The notes under the pieces are model-generated. The model did not search any database. It saw only the letters and a list, made by a program, of their open reading frames with translations, and was not told where the DNA came from. From contig OZ242031.1 of NCBI GenBank assembly GCA_965205045.1, positions 4,572,044 through 4,636,043 of the forward strand: DNA of 64,000 bases. The letters are read 5' to 3'. A program made the translations under genes and the position numbers. This DNA is from Candidatus Rariloculaceae bacterium. GTDB taxonomy: Bacteria > Pseudomonadota > Gammaproteobacteria > Steroidobacterales > Rariloculaceae. Below are positions 44,240-54,159 of the stretch, piece after piece; within the stretch, counting starts at the first letter, position 1, and the number at the start of each line of letters is the position of its first letter.

Positions 44240-45325
44240 TTGATTGGCGGTATGGTGGTTACGCATGTGAAGACCTGCACTTCCAGACATCCGAGTCCAC
44301 GCGCCTGCGCGAACCGCGTTGCGCCACCGCGCTCCACTGCCGCTGCGCGCTCCACTGCCGCTGCGCGCTCCATCGCAGCGTGGACTCTGGCGGCGGCGCT
44401 GCTCGCCGGCTGCGACAACACCGACTCGTCCCTGCCCGCCGTGGGCACGCTGGAACGCGACCGGATCGAACTGGTGGCCGAAGCCAACGAACCCATTGTG
44501 GAGATCGCCGTCACCGAAGGCCAGACCGTCGAGCAAGGCCAGCTTGTGCTGCGCCTGGACAACGCACTCCACGAAGCCCGGCTTGCGGCCTCCGTCGCCG
44601 CCCTGGAGCGGGCGCAGCAGCGCCTGGCCGAACTGGTCCGCGGACCGCGCTCCGAACGCATCATCGAAGCGGAAGCCCGCGTCGAAGGCGCCCGGGAGAA
44701 TCTCGACGCCCAGCGCCGCGAGCACGACCGGGTGCAGGCGCTGGTGGATGACGGCTTGCTCAGCCCATCGATGCTCGACACCGCGTTTGCGCGCCGCGAG
44801 TTGGCGGAGGCCGACTTCGAAGGCGCGGAAGCCCGGCTGCAGGAATACCTGGAAGGCACCACGCCCGAAGAATTGGCCCAGGCCAGGGCCGCGGTGGATG
44901 AGGCCACCGCCACCATCAACGCCCTGCGCATCACGGTTTCGCGGCTTGCCGTGCACGCGCCCGCGGCCGGCGCCGTGGAGGTGCTGCCCTACGAGCCTGG
45001 TGAACGCCCCGCCGCCGGCGCGGTGGTGGCCACGCTGCTGGTCGATGCGGCCCCCTATGCGCGAATCTATGTGCCCGAGCCGGTTCGCGCCCGGGTGACG
45101 CCGGGTCTGGCGGCGGTGGTGCGGACCGATGGAATCGACACCGAATTCGAGGGCACGGTCCGCTTCGTGTCCTCGGAGGCCGCCTTCACGCCCTATTTCG
45201 CCCTCACGCAGCGGGACCGCGGCCGTCTCAGCTACCTTGCGGAAGTGACGCTGACGGGAGAGGCGGCAGCCAGCCTGCCCACCGGGATCCCCGTGGAAGT
45301 GGATTTCCCGACGCTTCGGGAGTGA
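44240..45325 (+). CDS. HlyD-family periplasmic adaptor lipoprotein
   Basis: Lipobox AALLAGC. Barrel-sandwich and coiled-coil arrangement: VAEANEPIVEIAVTEGQTVEQGQLVLRLD...long helical segment...VHAPAAGAV. Confidence 0.85.
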   Translation: MIGGMVVTHVKTCTSRHPSPRACANRVAPPRSTAAARSTAAARSIAAWTLAAALLAGCDNTDSSLPAVGTLERDRIELVAEANEPIVEIAVTEGQTVEQGQLVLRLDNALHEARLAASVAALERAQQRLAELVRGPRSERIIEAEARVEGARENLDAQRREHDRVQALVDDGLLSPSMLDTAFARRELAEADFEGAEARLQEYLEGTTPEELAQARAAVDEATATINALRITVSRLAVHAPAAGAVEVLPYEPGERPAAGAVVATLLVDAAPYARIYVPEPVRARVTPGLAAVVRTDGIDTEFEGTVRFVSSEAAFTPYFALTQRDRGRLSYLAEVTLTGEAAASLPTGIPVEVDFPTLRE

Positions 45326-45391
45326 CGAGTGGGGCTGCGCGACGGGCCGATGGCGCCGGCGAAGCACCGCATGGCGCCGCAGGAGTGAAGC

Positions 45392-46324
45392 GTGGGGGCC
45401 TCCGCCGCCATCGTGACGCAGAACCTCAGCCGCCGGTTCGGCGCGGTCCTGGCGGTGGACGACCTGCACCTGCAGGTTCCGGAGGCGCAGATCTACGGGT
45501 TCCTGGGTCCGAACGGGTCGGGCAAGTCCACCACGTTTCGGATGCTTTGCGGCCTGCTCAAGCCCACGGCGGGCGAGGTCGACGTGCTGGGGCGCCGTTT
45601 GCCCGGGGACGCCGAGCGAATTCGCAGCCTCATCGGGTACATGACCCAGCAGTTCTCCCTGTACCGGGACCTGACGGTGCTGGAGAACCTGCAGTTCATG
45701 GCCCAGATCCAGGGACTGTCGAGGCGCGAGCGCCGCGATCGCGTCCGCCACAGCCTCAGGGCCTACCGCCTCGAGCGTTACCGCAAACGCCGTGCGGAAC
45801 ACCTGAGTGGCGGCGAGCGCCAGCGCCTGGCCCTGGCCGCCGCCCTCCTCCACCGCCCGCCGCTGCTGCTGCTGGACGAACCCACCAGCGCCGTGGACCC
45901 GCAAACCCGCCGCGATTTCTGGGACGCGCTGTTCGAGCTCATCAACCAGGGCACGACCATCCTGGTATCGACCCACTACATGGACGAGGCCGAGCGCTGC
46001 CACCGGCTGGCCATCCTGGACCGCGGCCGTCTGGTCTGCGAAGGCGAACCGCTCAAGCTAATCGGAAACATCGACGCCACCGTCATCGAGATCACCGGAG
46101 CGGACCTCAAGTCGCTGCGCGAAACGCTGTCCGGGCTGCGCGGAGTCTGGAATCTCACGCAACTCGGCAGCCGCCTGCACGCGCTGGTGGACCCCGGGAC
46201 GGAGCGACCCGTCGAACTGGTCCAGGGGACGCTCGCGAACGCCGGCCTGCAAGCAAACGTGTCCATGGCCGAGGCCGGTCTTGAAGACGTGTTCGTGGCC
46301 GCAACCGGCCGGAGGCCTTCGTGA
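45392..46324 (+). CDS. ABC transporter ATP-binding protein
   Basis: GFLGPNGSGKST (Walker A), LSGGERQRLALA (signature), LLLLDEPTS (Walker B). Confidence 0.9.
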   Translation: MGASAAIVTQNLSRRFGAVLAVDDLHLQVPEAQIYGFLGPNGSGKSTTFRMLCGLLKPTAGEVDVLGRRLPGDAERIRSLIGYMTQQFSLYRDLTVLENLQFMAQIQGLSRRERRDRVRHSLRAYRLERYRKRRAEHLSGGERQRLALAAALLHRPPLLLLDEPTSAVDPQTRRDFWDALFELINQGTTILVSTHYMDEAERCHRLAILDRGRLVCEGEPLKLIGNIDATVIEITGADLKSLRETLSGLRGVWNLTQLGSRLHALVDPGTERPVELVQGTLANAGLQANVSMAEAGLEDVFVAATGRRPS

Positions 46325-47448
46325 AAGGGGTTCGAAGGATGTGGGCCGTTGCCCTGAAGGAGTTCAGGCAACTGGCGCGGGACCGCCTGACCTTTGCCAT
46401 GGTCATCGGCGTCCCGTTGATATTCATCACCCTGTTCGGCTACGCGATCAACATGGATGTGCGCGGCTTGCGCGCCGGAATCGCGGACCAGGCCGGCACC
46501 CAGACGTCGCGGCGGCTGGTGGCCGACCTGACGGCGACGCAGGTGATCGCCCCGGTGCGCCGGGCGGCCACCGCGGAGGAACTGGAACGGATGCTGCTCG
46601 GCAACGAGATCGTCGTCGGCGTGTTCATACCGCGGGATTTCGAGCGGCGTTTGCAGGACCCCAACAGGGAAGCGGCCCAGTTGCTTGTCGATGCCACCGA
46701 CCCGCTCATCCCCGGCATCGTCTCCGCGATCGCGGACATGCCCTTTGCGCTGCGGGAACACGGCGCCTCATCGAGGCTGATCCCGCGCACCGGGCGCAGC
46801 GAGGAAGGCCGCCTGTTTTCCATGCGCCAGTTCTACAATCCGGAGGGGCGCTCCGCGGTGATGATCGTGCCGGGGACGATCGGCGTCATTCTCACCGTCA
46901 CCATGGTGCTGTTCACCGCCATCGCCATAGTCCGCGAGCGCGAACGGGGCAACCTGGAACTGCTCATCACCACCCCCGTCCGGACGGTCGAACTGATGCT
47001 CGGGAAGATCATCCCCTACATCTTCATCGGCCTGCTGCAGGTGAGCCTGATCCTTTCCGCCGCGGCATTCCTGTTCGACGTGCCGCTGCGCGGTTCGTTG
47101 CTGGATCTGTACGTGGCGTCGCTGGCCTATGTCGTCGCCGTGCTGGGGTTCGGACTGCTGATATCCACGATCGCCAAGGTGCAGTTCCAGGCGTTTCAGT
47201 TGACGTTCTTCCTGTTGCTGCCGTCGATCCTGCTGTCCGGGTTCGTCTTTCCGTTCGACGGCATGCCCCGGCCGGCGCAATATTTCGCCCAGGCGTTGCC
47301 GCTGACGCATTTCATCGTCCTGGTCCGCGGCATCCTGCTCAAGGGCGCCGAGCTTGGCGACCTTCTGTTACCGCTGCAGAAGCTCGGCATCCTCTTCGTG
47401 ATCTCGATGACCCTGGCGATGATCCGCTTTCGCAAGCGGCTGGACTAA
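46321..47448 (+). CDS. ABC-2-type transporter permease
   Basis: 375 aa. N-terminal TM segment, large loop, then five TM segments. Overlaps the ATPase stop by 4 nt. Confidence 0.9.
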   Translation: MKGVRRMWAVALKEFRQLARDRLTFAMVIGVPLIFITLFGYAINMDVRGLRAGIADQAGTQTSRRLVADLTATQVIAPVRRAATAEELERMLLGNEIVVGVFIPRDFERRLQDPNREAAQLLVDATDPLIPGIVSAIADMPFALREHGASSRLIPRTGRSEEGRLFSMRQFYNPEGRSAVMIVPGTIGVILTVTMVLFTAIAIVRERERGNLELLITTPVRTVELMLGKIIPYIFIGLLQVSLILSAAAFLFDVPLRGSLLDLYVASLAYVVAVLGFGLLISTIAKVQFQAFQLTFFLLLPSILLSGFVFPFDGMPRPAQYFAQALPLTHFIVLVRGILLKGAELGDLLLPLQKLGILFVISMTLAMIRFRKRLD

Positions 47449-47473
47449 CGAACCCCAATTTGGTGTATCCTAG

Positions 47474-47499
47474 AGACTAGTCTTACATTTAGGTCTAGA
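47474..47499. promoter_or_regulatory. Palindromes just upstream of the second phd; candidate operator
   Basis: AGACTAGTCT (47474..47483, perfect 10-bp palindrome) and TCTAGA (47494..47499), in an AT-rich stretch ending 2 nt before ATG 47502. Confidence 0.3.
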
Positions 47500-47501
47500 T
47501 T

Positions 47502-47762
47502 ATGAACAGCACGGTTCGGGTCACAGCATACGAATGCAAGACCAAACAGGCAGAGATCTTCCGGCGAGCCGCCGCCGGCGAGACGATCATCGTCACCAAT
47601 AACGGGAGGCCGCAAGTGGAGATTCGCAAGGTGTCCCCCGAAAACGACAGGATTGCGGCCGCGGTCCGCACCCTCGGTGAGTTGCAGCGAGAGCAGTTGG
47701 CGGCGGGCGTCGGCGGCGGCGCGGACGAATTGCGCCGAATACAGGAGCAAGGACGGGACTGA
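47502..47762 (+). CDS. Phd/YefM-type antitoxin
   Basis: VTAYECKTKQAEIFRRAAAGETIIVTNNGRPQVEI. The stop overlaps the toxin ATG (TGATG). Confidence 0.8.
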   Translation: MNSTVRVTAYECKTKQAEIFRRAAAGETIIVTNNGRPQVEIRKVSPENDRIAAAVRTLGELQREQLAAGVGGGADELRRIQEQGRD

Positions 47763-48196
47763 TGGCGGCAGACATCATCGTCCTGGACAACAGCATCAAC
47801 TCCCGCATGCTTTGGCCGGATTCGGAGAGTCCGGAGAACAATGCCTACGCCCTTCGGACGATCCAGCAGGCGGACGGCGGCAGCGTGTTCCACGTGCCCA
47901 CGATCTGGCACTACGAGGCAGCGCATGTTGCCGCAGCATTGGTGCGATCGGGTCAAGTATCGCAAGCGAGCGCGACCCGTTATTTCGAGCAAGTCGGGAA
48001 GTTGCCCATCAAGACCGATACGACCAGCCATGACATTGCCAGCACGGCAGTATTCGCTCTCAGCATCCAGTTTGGCCTGTCCGTTTACGATGCCGCCTAC
48101 CTGGAACTCGCTTTGCGCTCGGGCGCCACGCTCGCGACAAACGACAGGCGATTGAAAGCCGCGACGCGCGAGGCCGGTGCGCCACTGTTCGAGTGA
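47762..48196 (+). CDS. vapC: VapC PIN-domain toxin
   Basis: IIVLDNSI...VYDAAYLELALRSGATLATNDRRL. 144 aa. Confidence 0.85.
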   Translation: MAADIIVLDNSINSRMLWPDSESPENNAYALRTIQQADGGSVFHVPTIWHYEAAHVAAALVRSGQVSQASATRYFEQVGKLPIKTDTTSHDIASTAVFALSIQFGLSVYDAAYLELALRSGATLATNDRRLKAATREAGAPLFE

Positions 48197-48267
48197 CGGG
48201 CACTTGAAGATGCCGTTGCTATACGCCGCCCGCAACCCCAACCCGCGCCCATTTGCTGGAAATTTTC

Positions 48268-49221
48268 TCAAGCGTCGCTTGACACTCCAGGGGACGGGGA
48301 CTCTTTCCGCGAACTGCCCTTGCCGGACAGGTTCTGCGACGGGCGAACCGCCATGAGTATCCCGGCGACCACGAGGCCCGCACCGACCAGATGGTAGGCG
48401 AACAGGCGCTCGTCCAGAAAACCGATGGCGAGCGCGGCGCCGAAGACCGGGATCAGGTTCACGAATATCGCCGCGCGGTTGGCCCCGACGGTACGAATCG
48501 CCGAATTCCAGAAGTACACCGCATACAGCGAGACGCCAATCGAAAGAAAAATGACGGCGCCAATGGTATGCGGCGTCGGCAGGAATGGCCGATCCAGGAG
48601 GCTTTCCGCCAGGTAGAACGGCAACCCGGCGATGGCGCCGCCCGCAGCGATCAGGAACAGCAGCACCGCCGTACCGGGTAACTCTGTCGCGCGATGCAAC
48701 GTAATGGCGTAGAGCGACCAACAGCACACCGCAACGAACATGATCAGATCGCCGCTGTTGACGCTCAATTGGAGCAGTGCCTGAAAGCTGGCCTGAAACG
48801 CCATGACGAGGATTCCAATGAAGGCCGCCACGACCCCCAGGAAACGAACCTTCGTGAGCCGCTCCGCGAACACAAGGAACGCTGCGAGCGCCGTCACCGC
48901 AGGTTGCGTGGCGTTGATGACGGTTGCATTGATGGCCGTCGTATAGCTCACGGCAACGACCGACAAGGTGGAGCCGGCCACCATGTACGCGCAGATGAGC
49001 GCTACCTGTCGGCGCGCCGACGGCGACGACGGGAGTTCCCTGGCCACGCGGTTCCACACGAACGGCAGCAGCATCAGGGTCACGCCCAGCCAGCGCCAGA
49101 ATGTCAGCGCGAATGGCGGCGCGATCTCGTGAACGCCCCGAACGACAACGGGCCCGGCCCCCCACAGCGCCATGGCCAATACGAGGTACAGGTAGGCGAC
49201 GGGTCGCCGAACCGGCTTCAC
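48268..49221 (-). CDS. DMT-superfamily (EamA) transporter
   Basis: 317 aa, ten hydrophobic segments, duplicated EamA-like halves. Confidence 0.8.
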   Translation of the reverse strand: MKPVRRPVAYLYLVLAMALWGAGPVVVRGVHEIAPPFALTFWRWLGVTLMLLPFVWNRVARELPSSPSARRQVALICAYMVAGSTLSVVAVSYTTAINATVINATQPAVTALAAFLVFAERLTKVRFLGVVAAFIGILVMAFQASFQALLQLSVNSGDLIMFVAVCCWSLYAITLHRATELPGTAVLLFLIAAGGAIAGLPFYLAESLLDRPFLPTPHTIGAVIFLSIGVSLYAVYFWNSAIRTVGANRAAIFVNLIPVFGAALAIGFLDERLFAYHLVGAGLVVAGILMAVRPSQNLSGKGSSRKESPSPGVSSDA

Positions 49222-49243
49222 GGTGCGACTCCCCGCTTTCGGA

Positions 49244-50425
49244 CTATGCCACGGGCACGAGCGAGTAGCGGCCGTCCGCCGCCAGGCAGTCGGCTTCCGG
49301 CAGTCCCAGTTCGCGCTTCACGATGTTGGCGCCCTGCACCAGCGCGGCCATCTTGTAGCGGGCGTGCCGGCGGCTCATGCCTTCCCGCCCCATGCCGCAG
49401 TCCGAGCACAGGATCAGCCGCTCGGCAGGAATGTGCTTGAGGGTATCCCGGATCCTCTGGGCGATTTCCTCCGGCCGCTCGATCTGCAGGGAATGGTGAT
49501 CGATCATGCCGATGGCGATCTTCTTCTCCTCGATCACCCTGCCGATGGCCGGTATGTCCCGCATCCCCGAACTTGTGGATTCGAACGTGATCACGTCGGC
49601 ATCGACACCGTTGTACGTCTCCAGCGCCGATTCGTAGCTCTGAACCTCCTTGAACATCCGCTGCTGCGACGGGTTGCCCCAGCACGTGTGGCACCAGACC
49701 TCCGTCTTCTCGCTCAGACCCTTGACCGTGTTGTCGTATACACCCGCCATGTCGGCCATGTCGTGCTTGCCGAAGACCTTGCCCCGCACCGGGATCATGT
49801 GGATGGCCGGTTCCTCGATCTGGATGACCGGGCAGCCGGCATCGGCCAGATCGTTGAGTTCCTCGTTCAGCGCATCGCTGAACGCCATCATCCGGTCGAA
49901 GGGGTCCTTGTAATAGCGGTCATCCACGGCCGCGGAGAGGATGTCGGGCGTCACGGTGCCGAACTTGACCGGCCTGGGGGTGAGCCGCTGGGCCGTCTTC
50001 CACATGGCGGTGTACTGCAGGTCGCCCCGGCCGATGGGCCCCACGACCCGCGGCATGATCCGGGCTTCCAGGTAGTCGTGGAGGATATGTCCCATGGGGA
50101 ACGCCACGCCGCCGGTTTTCATCACGGTTGGCTGGGGATCGGTACGGTCGAGCCCGTCCATGTGGAACAGCGGATAGCTCGTCCAGCTCTGTCCGCCCAC
50201 TTCCTCGTCGTAGTGGGCGTCCCCATCGGTGCAAATGTCCAGGCCCGCGATCTCCTGATCGCGCAGGTGCACCGCCACCGCATCCGTGTACTGTTCCCGG
50301 TAGCGGGAGTTCATCATCCGTCGGAGAAACGTCTCCGAACCCAGATTCTCGGTAAACCAACTGGGCCGGGGCAGCGATCCGATGATCGTTGTCGGAAGCA
50401 ACAGGTCGGCGGTGGCTCTCAGCAT
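49244..50425 (-). CDS. Cobalamin-independent methionine synthase (MetE C-terminal domain)-like protein
   Basis: LLPTTIIGSLPRPSWF...GLDICTDGD...CHTCWGN...LILCSDCGM. 393 aa. Confidence 0.75.
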   Translation of the reverse strand: MLRATADLLLPTTIIGSLPRPSWFTENLGSETFLRRMMNSRYREQYTDAVAVHLRDQEIAGLDICTDGDAHYDEEVGGQSWTSYPLFHMDGLDRTDPQPTVMKTGGVAFPMGHILHDYLEARIMPRVVGPIGRGDLQYTAMWKTAQRLTPRPVKFGTVTPDILSAAVDDRYYKDPFDRMMAFSDALNEELNDLADAGCPVIQIEEPAIHMIPVRGKVFGKHDMADMAGVYDNTVKGLSEKTEVWCHTCWGNPSQQRMFKEVQSYESALETYNGVDADVITFESTSSGMRDIPAIGRVIEEKKIAIGMIDHHSLQIERPEEIAQRIRDTLKHIPAERLILCSDCGMGREGMSRRHARYKMAALVQGANIVKRELGLPEADCLAADGRYSLVPVA

Positions 50426-50679
50426 GCTCTGAAACTCCTTCGGTTGATGCGGGGACCGTACCCCCGCAGAGCGATTTCGAATGGATCGAACCCGAGCTTG
50501 CGGCGGTTGGCCAATCGCTGGCTGCCGTTATGATGCGGCGATGCGGAAAAAAGTCAAACGACGCTGTCGCGGCGCCTGATTTTGGGCGGAAGCGTGGCTC
50601 CGGCTCGATTGCGCCGGCACGCCTCCCTCCTATAATGGCGGTCGCACACTGCGAGCAAGCTGCAATTGGGGTCGAACCG

Positions 50680-52383
50680 ATGACTGGCAACAAGATCATG
50701 CGATTACCGGAATCCCTGCAAAGGCGATCACGGGGACGTACCGGCGATCGCTGCCATCCGGGCTCGACGCCCTGCATCGGCCGCCACAAGGGCGCTTTCC
50801 TGGCGGGATTCGTCACGGTGCTGTGCGGTGTATTCGCGAGTGCGCCAACGCTCGCCCAGGGCTTCGATACCTACGGTGGCGAATGGCTGACCTACGGAGG
50901 CGACCTCGCCAACACACGCTACGCGCCCCACGGCCAGATCAACGCCGAAAACTTCAACGATCTGGAAATCGCCTGGCGCTTCAACACGGCTTCCCTGGGC
51001 CCGGAGCCCGAGTTCAATCTCCAGACCACGCCCCTGATGGCCAACGGCGTCATCTATACCACGGCGGGAACGCGCCGCTCGGTGGTGGCGCTGGACGCCG
51101 CGACCGGCGAACTCTTGTGGCTGCACCGCGAGAACGAGGGCGAACGCGGCGAGGTGGCGCCCCGCCAGCAGTCCGGGCGCGGGCTGGCTTACTGGAGCGA
51201 CGGCGAGCAGTCCCGCATCCTCTATGTCACCAAGGGCTACCGGATGATTTCGCTGGACGCGGTCACCGGGACTCCGGACCCGGGGTTCGGCGAAGGCGGC
51301 GTCGCGGACCTGAAACTGGAGGCCGATCAGGACATGGACCTGATCACCGGCGAAATCGGGCTGGCGGCCACGCCCATCGTGGCCGGGGACGTGGTCATCG
51401 TCGGCGCCGCGCACCTGGTCGGCAACCGTCCCGTGAGCATGCGCAATGAGAAAGGCTACATTCGCGGCTACGACGTTCGCACCGGCGAGCGGCTGTGGAT
51501 CTTTCACACGATCCCGATGCAAGGCGAGTTCGGTTTCGATACCTGGGAAGGGGATTCGGCCTCGTACACGGGCAATACCGGTGTGTGGACGCAGATCAGC
51601 GTGGACCTGGAAAACGAACTGGTATTCCTGCCGGTGGAGCAGCCGACCAACGACTGGTACGGCGGGCACCGCCACGGCGACGGGTTGTTCGGCGAGAGCG
51701 TCGTGGCCGTCGACCTGTACACGGGCGAAAGGCGCTGGCACTTTCAGCTCGTCCACCACGGCATCTGGGACTTCGACATTCCCAGCGCCCCGGTACTGGC
51801 CGATCTTGTCGTTGACGGTCAGCCGGTCCCGGCGGTCATTCAGCCGACCAAGCAGAACTGGCTCTACGTCTTCAATCGCCTGACCGGCGAACCGGTGTGG
51901 CCCATCGAGGAGCGTCCGGTGGAAGCGTCGGATGTTCCGGGCGAACTGGCGAGTCCGACACAACCATTCGTCACCTGGCCGCCACCCTACGCCCGCATCA
52001 CCGCCTACGACATGAACACGGGCAACATCGTCTGGCAGGTCCCCCACGGCGACACGCCGGACGAGGTGCGCGATCATCCATTGCTGGCGGGCATGGACAT
52101 CCCGCGCACCGGCCGGCCCGGCCGCGGCGGCGTGCTCGCGACATCGACCCTGTTGATCGCGGGCGAGAACGGCTTCGTCACGACACCCCACGGGCGCGGT
52201 GCCATGCTCAGGGCATACGACAAGGCGACGGGCGAGGACATCGGCGCCGTCTACATGCCGGCGCCGCAATCCGGCGCACCGATGACCTATATGCTGGACG
52301 GCAAGCAGTACATCGCGGTCGCCGCCAGCGGGCAGGGCTTCGGCGCGGAACTGCTGGCGTATGCGCTTCCTGAAGAAGAATAG
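50680..52383 (+). CDS. PQQ-dependent dehydrogenase (beta-propeller quinoprotein)
   Basis: Signal peptide ...VLCGVFASAPTLAQG. WLTYGGDLANTRYAPHGQINAENFNDLEIAWRF. Repeated propeller W-motifs. The start is uncertain (50680 or 50698). Confidence 0.8.
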   Translation: MTGNKIMRLPESLQRRSRGRTGDRCHPGSTPCIGRHKGAFLAGFVTVLCGVFASAPTLAQGFDTYGGEWLTYGGDLANTRYAPHGQINAENFNDLEIAWRFNTASLGPEPEFNLQTTPLMANGVIYTTAGTRRSVVALDAATGELLWLHRENEGERGEVAPRQQSGRGLAYWSDGEQSRILYVTKGYRMISLDAVTGTPDPGFGEGGVADLKLEADQDMDLITGEIGLAATPIVAGDVVIVGAAHLVGNRPVSMRNEKGYIRGYDVRTGERLWIFHTIPMQGEFGFDTWEGDSASYTGNTGVWTQISVDLENELVFLPVEQPTNDWYGGHRHGDGLFGESVVAVDLYTGERRWHFQLVHHGIWDFDIPSAPVLADLVVDGQPVPAVIQPTKQNWLYVFNRLTGEPVWPIEERPVEASDVPGELASPTQPFVTWPPPYARITAYDMNTGNIVWQVPHGDTPDEVRDHPLLAGMDIPRTGRPGRGGVLATSTLLIAGENGFVTTPHGRGAMLRAYDKATGEDIGAVYMPAPQSGAPMTYMLDGKQYIAVAASGQGFGAELLAYALPEEE

Positions 52384-52402
52384 CGAGAATATGGAGATTA
52401 GG

Positions 52403-53461
52403 ATGAAAGGACTTTCACTGGGGACAGCAACGGTCCTCTTGTTGTCGGGCCTGTGCGCCCACGCTCAACAGACGCTGGACATCTACTGGACCGATGCCGA
52501 CGGCGCCGCCGCGACGTTGATCGTCACGCCCGAAGGCCAGTCGATCCTCGTCGATTCGGCCTTCGAACGGCCGGAGAACACCTACGCGAACCGCATCAAG
52601 GCCGCGATGGACGATGCCGGCGTCACGCAGATCGACTACGCCTTCACGACTCACTATCAGGGCGATCACGTCGGCGGGTTGTTTGCGCTGGCTGAAATGG
52701 TGCCGATCATCGAGTTCGTCGATCATGGGGAAACGACGTTGACCGACGAGAACGGACAGGCGCGGTACGCGCGATATGTGGAACTTGCCGCAACCGGAAA
52801 GCGAACCACGGTCCGTCCGGGCATGACCCTGCCGGTGCGGGGCGTGGACCTGATCGTCGTCGCGTCACACAAGGAGTTTCTGACGGAACCGCTCACGGGA
52901 TCGGCCGAACCGAACCCCATCTGCGAGACGGCAAACCCGTCGAATCAATATTGCAGAGGCGACGAATGCGTGTCGACGGCGCTTGCGGATTTCGACGGCG
53001 AGGACATCTACAGCGCCGGATTCCAACTCTCCATGGGCAGCTTCGAGTACGTTAACGTCGGCGATCTGTCCTATGGCGGACTGCACGCCCTCGTCTGCCC
53101 CGTGAACCTCATCGGCACGATCGATCTGCTCGAGTTTCCGCACCACGGCAACGACGTGGCGCCGCAATTCGTGTCGTCGCTGGCTCCTGTCGCGGCAGTC
53201 TCCAACACCGGCGCGACCAAGGGCGGCAATCCGGACGGGTACGAGGCGGCTGCGGCAAGCCCGGGGCTTGAGGGATTCTGGCAAGCGCATTACGCGACCG
53301 GCACGGATGACGAGCACAACACCGAAAGGCGCAAGATCGCCAACCTGGCCTTTGAAAACGAACACGGTCACTGGATCAAGGCGGAAGTGCAGCCGGACGG
53401 CAGCAGCTTCACGATCACCAACGCGCGCAACGGCTACAGCGAAACCTACACGTCGCGCTAA
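52403..53461 (+). CDS. Secreted MBL-fold (ComEC-type lactamase_B-like) protein
   Basis: Signal peptide MKGLSLGTATVLLLSGLCAHAQQ. DGAAATLIVTPEGQSILVDS...TTHYQGDHVGG (variant of the HxHxDH motif). Confidence 0.65.
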   Translation: MKGLSLGTATVLLLSGLCAHAQQTLDIYWTDADGAAATLIVTPEGQSILVDSAFERPENTYANRIKAAMDDAGVTQIDYAFTTHYQGDHVGGLFALAEMVPIIEFVDHGETTLTDENGQARYARYVELAATGKRTTVRPGMTLPVRGVDLIVVASHKEFLTEPLTGSAEPNPICETANPSNQYCRGDECVSTALADFDGEDIYSAGFQLSMGSFEYVNVGDLSYGGLHALVCPVNLIGTIDLLEFPHHGNDVAPQFVSSLAPVAAVSNTGATKGGNPDGYEAAAASPGLEGFWQAHYATGTDDEHNTERRKIANLAFENEHGHWIKAEVQPDGSSFTITNARNGYSETYTSR

Positions 53462-53508
53462 GAAACGGATTCTTGGGCGCATTCGAAAAGTACCGCCGGG
53501 AGACCGAA

Positions 53509-54159
53509 ATGCCGCAACTCCGTGAACTCAGCCGCAGGACTTTCTTGAAAGGAGCGGGGACGACGGCGGCCCTGGGCGCGGTCGGGGCAAGGCCGACACT
53601 GGCCGGCGCGCAAGGACTGCCGGCATCCGGTACCCGACAGACCTTCGATTTCGACGAGATCTACGATCGCAGGGGCAGCGAAAGCATCAAGTGGGACCGG
53701 CCCATCGAAGGGGTCGAAGCTGAAATCGAAGTCGGCATGGGAATCGCCGACATGGACTTCCGCGCCGCGCTCATCGAAGGCGATGACTGGCTCGATCAAC
53801 TGCTCCCCTACATCGACGCCAATCACGACTTCGTGGAACGCTACCTGCGGGAAAACATCCCCGCGATCAAGTACACAAAGGCGCAGGGAACCTACCTGGC
53901 GTGGCTGGACGTGAGCGAATTGCCGGAGCGGGTCGGCGCCCGCGAGATGGCCGAGCGGGAGAACGGCACGGCGGAATCCACGGTCACGCCCGAGGAGATC
54001 ATGCAACGCTGGTTCGGCAACAACGCGAGGGTCTACCTGAACCCGGGCAGCGCCTACGGCACGGGCGGTGCCGGCCACATGCGCATGAACCTCGCGACGT
54101 CGCGCCTTCTCATCCGCCGGGCGCTGGACAACATATCGGCGGCAGTGGCGACGGCGTAA
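53509..54159 (+). pseudogene. PatB/MalY-type PLP C-S lyase with a Tat signal and a large in-frame internal deletion
   Basis: Twin-arginine signal SRRTFLKGAG. The N-terminal FDFDEIYDRRGSESIKWD...GIADMDFRAA is joined directly to a C-terminal-type region LPYIDANHDFVERYL...GTYLAWLDVSEL...GAGHMRMNLA. The central PLP-lysine region is absent (216 aa, versus about 390 aa as I recall for this family). Confidence 0.55.

Noticed and set aside
44328-44380. Exact 18-bp tandem duplication (cgcgctccactgccgctg x2 plus a partial unit) in the 5-prime region of the HlyD gene
   Set aside because: It lies upstream of the lipobox in a region that may not be translated. It is in frame and short, so it is probably a neutral duplication.
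50728-52269. 513-aa antisense ORF across the PQQ dehydrogenase, and similar long alternative-frame ORFs inside the molybdoenzyme (for example 4021..5232 and 4284..5039)
   Set aside because: These are GC-rich shadow ORFs. The sense frames carry the recognisable family motifs.
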